Assembly: GCA_038087875.1 (NCBI GenBank)
Contig: CM075989.1
Location: 2,294,001 to 2,358,000 of the forward strand
Source of the DNA: Malacoraja senta
Taxonomy: Eukaryota
DNA length: 64,000 nucleotides
Direction: 5' to 3'
Part shown: in pieces, positions 12,975-25,109 of the stretch
Position numbering within the stretch: the first letter of the stretch is position 1
How the letters are laid out: each line of letters opens with the position of its first letter
Notes under the pieces: generated by a model
Database searches by the model: none
What the model saw: only the letters and a program-made list of their open reading frames with translations
What the model was told of the DNA's origin: nothing
Program-made: the position numbers and the translations under genes

Positions 12975-14165
12975 TGGGCCTGTCCTACTTAGGCGATATT
13001 TTTAGCGGACTACAGGCAACTGTTAAGTTGCCGGCAGTTGCCTGAAAAACCAGGAACTGGAACGGCAGCTGTCAGAGTGGAACAAACACATCGCAAAGGC
13101 GGGGGCCAGGGCAAGCGGGGGAGCGCTGTCTGAAATTCACATGGTACAAAGCCAAGGTGATACAGGCACACACCGCGATGAACAGGATGGTTGGCACTGC
13201 AATTAAGACGGCCAGCACAGTATACGGTAAAGGGCCTGTCCCACTTGAATGTGATTGCTTGCGTTTGGCGCGACCAACAGGAAGCGGAGGTCGCGCGAAG
13301 TTTGCACGAAGTTCGCGCTAAATTCGCGCTAAGTTCGCGCTAAGTTCGCGCTAAGTTCGCGCGTGACGTCATTTATGTCATGCTTACAAATCAGCTGGGC
13401 AGGAGGCGGGCCGACAGGCCGTTGACGCGCGAAGATTTCGGTCACTGCAAGAATTTCAGAGCCCCGCACAACTCGGGACCAGCCCCGCACAACTCCATAC
13501 CCCTCCGCGCTTCTAAGTGGGACCGGCCCCGCGCGGCCATATGGTGCCCTATACGCCTCAATCGACCACGAGGTCGCGTAATTTGCGAGCCAACGTCGCG
13601 TAAGTGGGACAGGCCCTTAAGTCCTTTAAAAAAGTTGGGGGGGGAGGGGGGAGGGAGAAGGGGGGAGAAGGAGGGAGAAGGGGGGAGAAGGGAGTGGAGA
13701 CAACTTTTAAGAAGCCAGACAACTTTTAATAAGTCAGAGATACACAGCTGTGAAGTTTGGCGGACATTTAACATTTACCGGTCGGTTCTCCTTGGCTACT
13801 GCTTACGGTTTATTTCCCCAATGAGCCAATGAAAATGACAGGTCAGCAAAGGCGATTAACTAAAACTACCCATGACTATCTACGACTACCTATAACTACA
13901 TGGCGACCTCACTACAACTGTACCTACGACTACAGGATTATCGATTATCTCCATGCCGACCAATTTTTGGTCGCAGAAAATATTTCAACATGTTGAAAAA
14001 TTTGCGACGACCATACTGAGGCCGCGACTAGTTCCCAGAATGCGGGAACTCCTCGCGACCATGAAGGAGACTCGCCAGAGACCACCAGCGAACATGTGGT
14101 GACCATGTGGCGAGCGCAGAGTCTCCTGCACTCGCCTAAAAAGTCGCCTAAGTGGGACAGGCCTA
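12975..14165. mobile_element. PIF/Harbinger-like MITE copy 2 (outer element)
   Basis: TTA TSD and TIRs as in 1370-2130; opposite orientation. Confidence 0.8.
13231..13617. mobile_element. Nested Harbinger-like MITE with related TIRs
   Basis: TAA|AGGGCCTGTCCCACTT ... AAGTGGGACAGGCCCT|TAA; internal (AAGTTCGCGCT)n; the site is empty in copy 1. Confidence 0.85.
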
Positions 14166-16459
14166 TTAGATGGAACTGCAGTTGCTGGAATCTTGAGTGT
14201 AACACGATGTGCTGGGGTAACTCAGCAGGACAGGCAGCGTCTTTGTTTAGTTTAGAGATACCACGCGACACAGGCCCTTCGACCCACCAGGTGCGTGCCA
14301 TCCAGGGATTCCCCGTACACTAGCGCTATCCTACACACTAGGGACAATTTACAAACCTTACCAAAGCCAATAAACCTACAAACCAGGTACATCTTTGGAG
14401 TGTGGGAGATCTCAGAGAAAACCCACGCAGGTCATGGGGAAAATGTACAAACTCCGTACAGACAGCACCCGTAGTCAGGATCAAACCTGGGCCTCTACCG
14501 CTGCGCCACCATGTTGCCTGTATTCGTGAAAGGAGGGCAGGAAAGACACAAGGAACTGCAGATACTGGAATTGTTGGTTGTGTAAACAGCAGGATTAGGA
14601 GCTCAGTAAATGCTGGTTGTCCAGGGAGTAAACAAGAACTGGCAGTTTTCAGATCAATGTGGAAATTCACTGCAATCCAACTTTACATGTCTCACTGCCT
14701 TTGATGTACTTTTGCAGATTATATCGTGGGCAAAAGTGTGAAGGAGAATGAAAATCCAGTCGAATCAAAATTCTAATGGGTATAACAGCACACAGAAACG
14801 TGTAACATTTGCAGTGTTTGACTGCTATTTTCTGAGTGGTGTGAATGTCCATAAATTCAAAGAAGCAGAATAAGGCCATTCGGCCCATCAAGTTTACTCC
14901 GCCATTCAATCATGGCTGATCTACCTTTCCCTCTCAACACTATTCTCCAATGTGTTGGTGTTGGCCCTGCTATTTAGGTACAGAGGAGGATGGTGCTGTA
15001 GGTGGGGTCGTGCAGGATGTTGTTTCCAGGTGTCCTGGTGAGGGCTGTGGCCTTTACTGGAGCAACAGAGGGGACACTCAGTGCGTTACTGTAAGCAGTC
15101 TCGCAAAGGGTGCGGTACATGCGACGATCTCTCAAATCAGCTGAATGACCTGCAGTTTTTAGTCACTCATATTTCCCACTGACCTTGATTCAAACTGCAT
15201 TCAACTCAACTGATCGCCTGCCCGCTGGCTTCCCCCGCCTTGTACATGTCATCAGCTTTCTATCAAGACCAAACCTATCCCCCAAACCTGATGGAACAAG
15301 GATCTCTGAACACATTCTCAGCAGCCTAGGTCATCCGTGCTCTTTCTCCATGAGGCATTCAAAAACTTCTCACAGCCTTTAATAAGTTTCAAATCTTTCT
15401 CAAAGTGAAATCTATTGGAGCAAGTCTTTAGAAAGATCTAAGCAAGTCTTTTCTAATTCAGAAGCCGTGGGGAGAGATCTTAATCAGTTATTCTTAATTA
15501 ATGGGCTTCCTAAAGTGTTACACTGGTGTCACACAGCTATTTGGAGTGAGTTTCCACCAATTCTTGGGAAAGTTCCTTGTACCTCTGCAGACCGGAGCAA
15601 AATCATCTGGAGGATTAGGTTCGACCTAAAACGTCACCTATTCCTTCTCTCCATAGATGCTGCCTCACAAGCTGTGTTTCTCCAGCATTTTTGTCTACCT
15701 TGGAGGATTAACTTTGTAGGTGTTGAGCTACTGAGCCAAATGCCTGCTGCCTCTTTGATCTCCATGTGAATCTTAAATGTTAGTCTTCACCAGTACAGAC
15801 AGTGGAAGAATATTGAAACACGGAAAGCAACTTTGAAGAACTTCCACCTTACACTGCACTTCAGTTTGTACGTTCTCCCCGTGACCCGCGTGGGTTTTCT
15901 CCAAGATCTTCGGTTTCCTCCCACATTCCAAAGATGTACAGGTTTGTAGGTTAATTGGCTTGGTAAATGTAAATATTTACCTAGTGGGTGTAGGATAGTG
16001 TTAATATGCGGGGATTGCTGCTCGGCGCGGACCCGGTGGGCCAAAAGGGCCTGATTCCGCGATGTATCTCTAAACTATAAATTAGCACTGCAAAAATCCA
16101 GGCCAAAATCCCCCCAAAACATAATGCTCCCTTCAAGGAGTAGGCGGAACAGTAGAGTTGTTGCCTCACAGCACCAGAGATCCAGGTTCGATCCTGACTA
16201 ACGGGTGCTGTCTGCACGGAGTTTGCACATTCTCCCTGTGACCGCGTGGGTTTTCTCCGAGTCCTCCAGTTTCCTCCCACTCTCCAAAGACGTGCAGGTT
16301 TGTAGATTAATTGGCTTCTGTGAATTGTCCCTAGTGTGTTGGATGGAACCAATGAACGGGTGATCGCAACTACTGACAGCAACTTTTAAGGACTTCCACC
16401 TTGGACTGCCTGAAGTTGTAACATTTTCACAAACTAGTAAGACTAACACATATGGTACT

Positions 16460-16551
16460 GGTAGACAAAAATGCTGGAGAAACTCAGCGGGTGAGGCAGC
16501 ATCCATAGATGCTGCCTCACCCGCTGAGTTTCTCCAGCATTTTTGTCTACC
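16460..16551. repeat. Perfect 44-bp inverted repeat formed from Penelope termini
   Basis: 16460-16503 is the exact reverse complement of 16508-16551; loop CATA. Confidence 0.9.
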
Positions 16552-17180
16552 TTCGATTTTCCAGCATCTGCAGTTCCTTCTTAAACATATGACACTGGTT
16601 TTGCTGTCATTACGACTGCAGAAATCCAGGCCAATATAAAAAAAAAGACATATTCCCTCCCAGGAGATGTGAGCCATTTCTGGATTTGGACCATCAAGAT
16701 GGGGAAATAGGAAGCCACAGCTTTGTACAGTGAGTTCAACCTGTGAGTATTCAATAACTCAGCGGGGCAGGCAGCATCTCTGGAGAGAAGGAATGGGTGA
16801 CGTTTCGGGTTGAGACCCTTCTTCAGACTAGTTAGTGAAAAGGGAAACGAGAGATATCGACGATGATGTAGAGAGATAAAGAACAATGTAAGAAAGATAT
16901 GCAAAAGAGTAACGATGATAATGGAAACAGGCCGTTGTTAGCTGTTTGTTTGGTGAAAATGAGAACTTGGTGCGACTTGGGTGGGGAAGGGACAGAGAGA
17001 GAGGGAATGCCGGGGCTGCTGACGTTAGATAAATCAATATTCATACTACTGGGCTGTAAGCTGCCCAAAGTAGAAGACATGTTGAAAAATTGTGTCCATT
17101 CATGGCAATTGACTGATGCACAGACTGTGGATCAGCCTTTCAGCATGTGTTAGAATGGACTGGAGATCATTCCCAGTCAC

Positions 17181-17239
17181 CTGCCTTTGGTTGACCATGC
17201 AGATGTAAGGATGAACATAAGAACTCATCCCTCCACTTC
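17181..17239 (-). pseudogene. Candidate exon (59 nt): EVEG*VLMFILTSAWSTKG, or shifted frame MSSYVHPYICMVNQRQ
   Basis: Acceptor CCAATTGCTGCAG, donor CAG|GTGACT; the upstream intron is 83 nt once a TSD-flanked repeat is removed. Confidence 0.4.
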
Positions 17240-17539
17240 CTGCAGCAATTGGAAATATTGTAGGAAGAAACTGCAGATGCTGGTTTAAACTGAAGATAGA
17301 CACAAAATGCTGGAGTAACTCAGTGGGACAGGCAGCATGTTTGGAGAGAAGGAATGGGTGACGTCTGAAGAAGGGTCTTGACCCGAAACATCAGCCATTC
17401 CTTCTCTCCAGAGATGCTGCCTGTCCCGCTGAGTTACTCCAGCATTATGTGTCTATCTTCAGCAATTGGAGAAACCTTGGTAAACCTGCGATATTCATTG
17501 TCAATTCACAATGAGGACCAGGATGCAGGCATGAGGTAC

Positions 17540-17609
17540 CGATGTAAGGTTCTCCACTGTGGCATTGATGTCCACCACACGGCAGTGGTCGATCTCGGCA
17601 TTCAGAAGG
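17540..17609 (-). pseudogene. Candidate exon (70 nt): LLNAEIDHCRVVDINATVENLTS
   Basis: Acceptor TTTTACGCAG, donor TCG|GTACCT; open frame, phase 2 to 0. Confidence 0.45.
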
Positions 17610-17699
17610 CTGCGTAAAACTCATAGCTCACCAGTCACACTTACTTTTCTTCATCAATGTTTGTTCCATGGAGACAGTGTTCAGGAGCTCATTGGTTAG

Positions 17700-17850
17700 T
17701 CAAGTCAAGTCAATTTTATTTCTATAGCACATTTAAAACCAACTCTCGTTGACCAAAGAGCTTTACATTAGTGCAGGTACTAACATGCTACATACAGTGG
17801 TACATAGATCAACAATACATACATAAATACATACAAACAGCGCTCCCTCA
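17700..17850 (-). mobile_element. L2 LINE 3' tail fragment
   Basis: Reverse complement resembles the L2 tail at 45450-45595, ending in (TTGAC)n. Confidence 0.75.
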
Positions 17851-17967
17851 GAGTTGGCTCAAAGCTCACAGTAGCTGGGGCATTTGGATACACTTTGGGT
17901 CAGGGTTGTTTTACTCTTCCTTTCCATAGTTTAGTTTCGTTTAGTTTAGAGATTCGGCAGGGAAACA

Positions 17968-18453
17968 ATGCACCAAGGAGTCCCATGTAACCTGTTTCTC
18001 TCGTGGTTCACAGACTCGCCAGCCGCATGCCACTATTGCAGGCTGGAAGAGTCTGTGTACCATGTGTATATGGAGTGTGTGAGGTTGCAGCCACTGGTCC
18101 AATATCTAAAGGGGCTGGTCCTGGCCTTCTGGCTGCACTTCACACCCACCATCCTCATCTTTGGACACCCTGTGCTTAACGGAGAGGGTAGGGCCGAGGA
18201 TGTCCTGGTTGGGTTGCTCCTGGGCCTGGCCAAGCTGGCCATCCGCGAGTCACGGCGCAGGGCAGAAGACAGCTCTGCCCGAGCCGGCTGCCTGCCCCCT
18301 TTCCAGGGTTACATCCGTGCCCGGCTGGTACTAGAGAAGGACTACGTGCTGCCCACAGGCACCCTGGGGATTTTCTGGACCGCTAGGCACCGCGGGGGGT
18401 GGAATGCGGGGGTGGAATGCATCCTTAATAAGGATGGTGATATAGTTGTATAA
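17968..18453 (+). mobile_element. Tx1/L1-clade LINE C-terminal zinc-finger fragment
   Basis: CHYC...ESVYHVYMEC (CCHC) and LLLGLAKLAI; homologous to 32460-32880. Confidence 0.8.
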
Positions 18454-18454
18454 A

Positions 18455-19720
18455 TACCCATGGCTATCAGGACTACACTTCTTCCCACCCTGCTTACTGT
18501 AAGGACTCCATCCCCTACTCCTAATTCCTCCGTCTATGCCACATCTGCACCCAGGATGAGGTTTTCCACACCAGGGCACGGAGATGTCCTCATTCTTCAG
18601 GGAACGGGGGTTCCCCTCTTCTACTATAGATGAGGCTCTCACCAGGGTCTCTTCTATACCCCGTAACTCTGCTCTCACTCCCCATCCCCCCACTCGTAAC
18701 AATGTCCTCACCTTCCACCCTACCAGCCATCACATACAACAAATAATCCTCCAACATTTTCGCCACCTACAACGGGATCCCACCACTGGCCACATTTTCC
18801 CATCTCCTTCCCTGTCTGCTTTCCGTAGAGACCACTCCCTCCGTACCTCCCTGGTCAATTTGTCCCTTCCCACCCGAACCACCCTCTCTCCCACCTCCAT
18901 CGACTCATTTAGGTCAAGACTAAAAACTTATATATACTCCCAAGTCTTTCTTGACATCCTCTGAGCGAGGGCTATATGTATATATGTATGTAGTTTGTTT
19001 GTTTATATTATTTCCTATAACAAATGTAAAGCACTTTGGCCAACGAGAGTTGTTTTTTAAATGTGCTATATAAATAAATGTGACTTGACTTGAATGTGAC
19101 TCTCCGGGCACTTTCCCTTGCAACTGCAGGAAATGCTACACTTGTCGCTTTACCTCCCCCCTTGACTCCATTCAAGGATCTAAGCAGTCTTTCCAGGTGT
19201 GGCATGGGTTGACCTGCACCTCCTCCAACCTCATCTATTGCATCCGCTGCTCTAGGTGTCAGCTGCTCTACATCGGTGAGACCAAGCGCAGGCTTGGCGA
19301 TCGCTTCGCCCAACACCTCCGCTCGGTCCGCAATAACAAACTTGATCTCCCGGTGGCTCAGCACTTCAACTCCCCCTCCCATTCCGAATCTGATCTTTCT
19401 GTCCTGGGCCTTCTCCATGGCCAGTGTGAGGCCCACCGTAAATTGGAGGAGCAGCACCTCATATTTCGCTTGGGCAGTTTGCACCCCAGCGGTATGAACA
19501 TTGACTTCTCTAATTTCAGGTAGTCCCTGCTTTCTCCTCCCCTTCTCAGCTCTCCCTCAGCCCACTGTCTCCGCCTCTTCCTTTCTTCTTCCCACCCGCC
19601 CCCCCTCCCCCCCACCCTCACATCAGTCTGAAGAATTGTTTCGACCCGAAATGTCGCCTATTTCCTTCGCTCCATAGATGCTGCCTCACCCACTGAGTTT
19701 CTCCAGCATTTTTGTCTACC
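18455..19720 (+). mobile_element. Penelope-like element (RT C-terminus, GIY-YIG endonuclease, pseudo-LTR) interrupted by an L2 tail at ~18893-19095
   Basis: MSSFFRERGFP; TCTSSNLIYCIRC..C.LLYIGET.RRL..RF..H; VAQHFN; G.N terminus. Confidence 0.92.
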
Positions 19721-19893
19721 TTAGTTGTTTAGGAGTATGACATTTAAGAATATTTGTTTTAGGTAATTGGGTGATTTTGTATTATTTTGGTGGGTTTGTT
19801 CGGTATTGATTTGTATTGTATATATTATTGCAATCATTGATTATATTTATTTTTTAACCCCCCCATTTCCGTAACCGGCTTCCGTCTCCGCAC

Positions 19894-20150
19894 CAAAGAT
19901 CCCATAGCGGTTACGGAAACATCCTCGTAAAAATAAAAGTTCTTTGATAAAAATCTTCTCCTCATTTTCAGAATTATAATTTATTAACACAAACTGTTCC
20001 CCCGCAACGTTGATTACAGTGCGAGTCGGGTCGGGTCGGGTCGGGTCGGGTTACTGAAATGGATGAAAAAAAGGCCCACGTTCCGCTCCGTTGCGTACTA
20101 CACGTCAGCCCATTGCATTTAGAAGGAGTCGTCTATCTATAGGATCTTTG
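19894..20150. mobile_element. Small TIR element (MITE), superfamily unclear
   Basis: CAAAGATCCCATAG / CTATAGGATCTTTG (13 of 14 inverted); internal (GGGTC)n; no clear TSD. Confidence 0.55.
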
Positions 20151-20431
20151 CTGCAGATAGTTCATTAATGTCCTAACCCAAGCACTGCAATTGGCTGATA
20201 TTGCTATTGTCTTTCGGAGATCAGATAATACACAGCACATGTTTAGCACACACCAAGAGGGCAAACACCAATTTCTTGACAAAAGGGGTTGCAAGATTTC
20301 TGGGTACCTGACCAATTGAGGGATGTGGACTTAGAGCAGGTCAAAGGTCAGCCATGACCTTGTTGAATGGCAGAGTTCGCTGAGGGCTGGTATAACCACC
20401 TGCTGCTCCACTTTATTTTGACCATGTGTAC

Positions 20432-20582
20432 CAATGCCTCAGCTTGTGTCTGGAGAGCTGAGTCTGTATGAGATGTCTGGTTCTGCTAGCCTTTGTCTGC
20501 AGAAGGGAGCGATGATCCAAGATGTGGTGATAGAGGTTGAAGTTCTTTACTAAGTTACAGTGGAGACAGTGCTGCTCAGGAT
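20432..20582 (-). pseudogene. Candidate exon (151 nt): PEQHCLHCNLVKNFNLYHHILDHRSLLQTKASRTRHLIQTQLSRHKLRH
   Basis: Acceptor CTTTCACTGTAG, donor TTG|GTACAC; only one frame is open (phase 1 to 2), compatible with 17540-17609. Confidence 0.4.
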
Positions 20583-20634
20583 CTACAGTGAAAGTGCTTT
20601 GTGTTTGGTCAGTTTTATGGATGACAACAGTGGG

Positions 20635-21295
20635 CGGCACAGTGGTGAAGTGGGTAGAGGTACTGTCTCACAGCGCCAGAGACCCAGGTTCGATCCTGAC
20701 CTCAGGTGCTGTCTGTGTGGAATTTGCACGTTCTCCGAGTGACCGCGTGGGTTTTCCCCGGGTGCTCCGGTTTCCTCCCACACTCCAAAGACGTTACGTT
20801 TGTTGGGTAATTGGCTTGGTAAAATCGTAAATAGTCCTGAGCGTGTGTCGGTTAGTGTTAGTGTGTGGGAATGGGATGCAAGCAGAAGCCTCCACGTGGC
20901 GCATCCCGGGCAATGTTGACGACAGAAACTGTACCACAGTGACTGACTGAAGTAGCCAATTCTGCAACCACCGACCGTCAACCGTCACTGACCGACCGGA
21001 AAGACGTGATATAGAAGATGGCCGGACACGAGGAAGAAGAATGTGCGGGAATCACTGGTCTTCGCAGAATCAGTGGGCCAAAGGACCTGTTTCCACGCTG
21101 TATCTCTAAACAAAAAACACTAAACAAAGTGCTGGAGTAAGCAGGTCAAGCAGCATTTCCGGAGGACATGGATAGGTGGTGTTTAGGGTCAGTTCGGAGG
21201 CGGGTCGCATCCTCACTATCCTTGTCTCCTGGGATCTCTCTCCCACCGCTTTCCATCTCCAGAATCCATTCGTTCAATAGGTAATACCTCCTGTG
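20635..21295. repeat. Diverged inverted duplication of ~10075-10550
   Basis: Non-repeat sequence, a Penelope-derived piece and a SINE occur in the same order in reverse complement; extra insert at ~20875-21040. Confidence 0.8.
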
Positions 21296-22254
21296 ATATG
21301 GGGAGCATGGCATTGAGCACAGGACCCTGAGGGACACCAGTATTGAGGGTCAGGGTGGAGGAGATGCTCTGACCAATTCTAACTGACCAAGGTCTGATAG
21401 TCAACAAGTCCAAAAGCAAAGGTAGACACAAAATGCTGGAATAACTCAGCGGGACAGGCAGCATCTCAGGAGAGAAGGAATGGGCGACATTTCAGGTCGA
21501 GACCCATCTTCAGAGGAGGGGGTGGGGCAAAGATAGAACGTAGGTGGAGACAGTAAGACTAGTGTGAGAACTGGGAAGGGGAAGGGGATGGAGAGAGAAA
21601 GCAAGGCTATCTGAAGTTTGAGAAGTCAATGTCCATACCGCTGGGAAGTAAGATGCCCAAGCGAAATATGAGGTGCTGTTCCTCCAATTTGCGCTGGGTC
21701 TCACTCTGACAAAGGAGGAGGCCCAGGACAGAAAGGTCAGATTAGGAATGGGAGGGGGTGTTGAAATGCTGAGGCACCCGGAGATCAGGTAGGTTAAGAC
21801 GGACTGAGTGGAGGTGTTCAGCGAAATGATCTCCAAGCCTGCGCTTGGTCTCGCCGATGCAGAGAAGTTGACACCTGGAACAGCGGATAAAGTAGATGAG
21901 GTTGGAGGAGGTGCAAGTGAACCTCTGCCTCATCTGGGAAGACTGATTGGGTCCTTGGATGGAGTCGAGGGGGGAAGGTAAAGAGACAGGTGTTGTATCT
22001 CCTGCGATCCTGTGATAATCCTGGCCAAATTGAGAGCTAGGACTTTAAAAATGGGGTAAAGATTCAGGGCTGCTGGGAGATTTGGTCAATTTGGAATTTC
22101 TCTCTGCAGAGCTGGGACAAGCTGCAGAGTGGTGCCAGTGTGTCTAGCGCCTAGATACAAGTCGCAAGAAAAGAATAAGAACACATGCAGACCCTGTCAA
22201 TTAGGTGCAAAATGCATAGAATGGATTGGATGGCTGAAAATCAGATATACACCT

Positions 22255-22770
22255 TGTAAATAATTGTAAATAATGTTGCAGAGTTTCTACTTTGCCGAGT
22301 GTTGATTGGATGAGGTCTTGAGCCCTGTCTGAGTTTATTGCAGATTAGGTAAATGTTTCTAAGTTGGCTTCCTTGAGAAGTCCTGTTTGAATACAATGTA
22401 TTGAGCTGCTGTATTATTGGGTTTGGGAAATGTCTGTTATGTATGGGGTTAATCGACATCTGTAATTGGATTATGAAGAGACCACCACCATGTGGTTCGG
22501 CCCCTCGCGGTCCCGGGACATATAAAAGTCCACTACCATGAGGTCCAGCGTCGATCTTCTGGGAGATTGCTTGGGACGGCGTGACCTTCTAGAGTGTCTC
22601 TGTTTGAGCAAGGCCTAGAGGGCTTGATCAGGCAGATACGAGGATCGAACCCGCGGTGGGATAGGTACAGTAGTTGAACTGTAATTGCACGTTGTTAGTT
22701 GTTCAAGTGCTTGATTCAGTGTTTTTGACTGAAACTAGACTGGGGGGAAGCTTAGAACCAGCAATTTACA
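22255..22770 (+). mobile_element. LTR-like sequence
   Basis: TGTAAAT...ATTTACA inverted ends; TATAAAA near 22521; partial second copy at 27141-27355. Confidence 0.55.
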
Positions 22771-22925
22771 CCTGGGGAGGGGATGGTTTGGGTGGGAAGG
22801 GACGAGTTGACCAGGGAGTTTCGGAGGGGAACGGTCTCTGCGGAAAGCAGAAAGGGTTGGAGATGGAAAGATGTGGCCAGTAGTGGGATCCCGTTGGAGG
22901 TGGCGAAAATGTTGGAGGATTATAG

Positions 22926-24370
22926 AGGATTATCCTTTTTAAGAAAGGCGGGAGAGAGAAAACGGGAATTATAGAGCAGTCAGCCTGACATCGGTGGTGG
23001 GGAAGATGCTGGAGTCAATTATAAAAGATGAGATAGCCGCACATTTGGATAGCAGTAACAGGATCGGTCCGAGTCAGCATGGATTTACGAAGGGGAAATC
23101 ATGCTTGACTAATCTTCTGGAATTTTTTGAAGATGTAACTAGGAAAATGGACAAGAGAGAGCCAATGGATGTAGTGTACCTGGACTTTCAGAAAGCCTTT
23201 GATAAGGTCCCACATAGGAGATTAGTGGGCAAAATTAGGGCACATGGTATTGGGGGTAGAGTGCTGACATGGATAGAGAAGTGGTTGGCAGATAGGAAAC
23301 AAAAAGTAGGGATTAACGGGTCCCTTTCAGAATGGCAGGCAGTGACTAGTGGGGTACCGCAAGGCTCGGTGCTGGGACCGCAGCTATTTACAATATACAT
23401 CAATGATTTGGATGAAGGGATTCAAAGTAACATTAGCAAATTAACAGATGACACAAAGCTGGGTGGCAGTGTGAACTGTGAGGAGGATGCTATGAGAATG
23501 CAGGGTGACTTGGACAGGTTGGGGGAGTGGGCAGATGCATGGCAGATGAAGTTTAATGCGGATAAATGTAAGGTTATCCACTTTGGTAGCAAAAACAGGA
23601 AGGCAGATTACTATCTAAATGGCGTCAAGTAGGGAAAAGGGGAAGTACAACGGGATCTGGGGGTCCTTGTACATCAGTCAATGAAAGTAAACATGCAGGT
23701 ACAGCAGGCAGTGAAGAAAGCGAATGGCATGTTGTCCTTTATAACAAGAGGAATCAAATATAGGAGCAAAGAGGTCCTTCTGCAGTTGTACAGAGTCCTA
23801 GTGAGACCACACCTGGAGTATTGTGTGCAGTTTTGGTTCCCTAAGTTGAGGAAGGACATTCTTGCTATTGAGGGAGTGCAGTGTTGGTTTACAAGGTTAA
23901 TTCCCGGGATGGCGGGACTGTCATATGCGGAGAGAATGGAGCAGCTGGGCTTGTACACTCTGGAGTTTAGAAGGATGAGAGGGAATCTTATTGAAACATA
24001 TAAGATTGTTAAGGGCTTGAACACGCTAGAGGCAGGAAACATGTTCCCGATGTTGGGGGAGTCCAGAACCAGGGGCCACAGTATAAGAATAAGGAGTAAG
24101 CCATTTAGAACGGAGATGAGGAAACACTTTTTCTCACAGAGAGTGGTGAGTCTGTGGAATTCTCTGCCTCAGAGGGCGGTGGAGGCCGGTTCTCTGGATG
24201 CTTTCAAGAGAGAGCTAGATAGGGCTTTTAAAAATAGCGGAGTCAGGGGATATGGGGAGAAGGCAGGAACGGAGTACTGATTGGGGATGATCAGCCATGA
24301 TCACATTGAATGGCGGTGCTGGCTCGAAGGGCCAAATGGCCTACTCCTGCACCTATTGTCTATTGTCTAT
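22926..24370 (+). mobile_element. CR1 LINE RT and 3' UTR
   Basis: [36 protein letters not shown]; (CTATTGT)n tail; in-frame stop at 23630. Confidence 0.95.
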
Positions 24371-25109
24371 TATATGCTGTATGGGGTGGAACGTGAGGAC
24401 AAGGGGGACAGTCCTTGTTACGAATGGGGGGATGGGGAGTAAGAGCGGAGCTGTGGCATATCGAGGAGACCTATCGAGAGCCTCTTCTATAATGGAAGAG
24501 GGGAACCACCATTCCCTGAAGAATGAGGTCATCTCTGATGCCCTGGTAGTGAAAAAGCAAGTTGCAAACGGAGGCACAAAGGCTACGATCTGGAATTTTA
24601 GGGGTTAAATTGTTCAGAGTTATGGTGATGAAGGCTGATTTGTAGTCAATGATCCTGACATGGGTGTTCTTATAGTGAAGGTGATTAGTGCGAGTGAGAT
24701 GGTGGCCACCGCAGACTTGTTTTTCGTGTACGTGAATTGCAGGGGGACCAGATGATCAAAAAGGTCATTGCTGTGTTGCTGAATATGTATACAACGAAGA
24801 AGCAGAGACCACTTTAAGCTTCAGAATGCTGCAGATAAATAATGATGTTGGAAAGCAAACAAGGTTGAAGAAAAGGGCACATGTGGAACATAGATAAGAT
24901 TTTTTTTTTAAAGGAGAAAGCTCAAAAGGAGATAAGGAGAGGAAGGAGGAAGTGCCAGAAGTGAATCTAAACAAAATCAGTGATATCAGAATGGATCAGA
25001 GAAAGAATTGCTGAACATGAGCTAAAACCCTCCACAGGATACGCCATTGATTTAGTAGAGAAGTAAAATTTGTCAGGAAAATTTAACCAGTGCATTACTT
25101 CATCTTCTA

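Larger units (their letters stand above)
21420..24548 (-). mobile_element. Penelope-like element split by an LTR-like insert (~22007-22770) and a CR1 (~22926-24370)
   Basis: GIY-YIG motif at 21742-21933; the pieces are colinear with 35953-37070. Confidence 0.85.

Noticed and set aside
14718..14776. Plus-strand terminal exon YIVGKSVKENENPVESKF*
   Set aside because: The acceptor is good, but no convincing upstream exon chain was found, so chance cannot be excluded.
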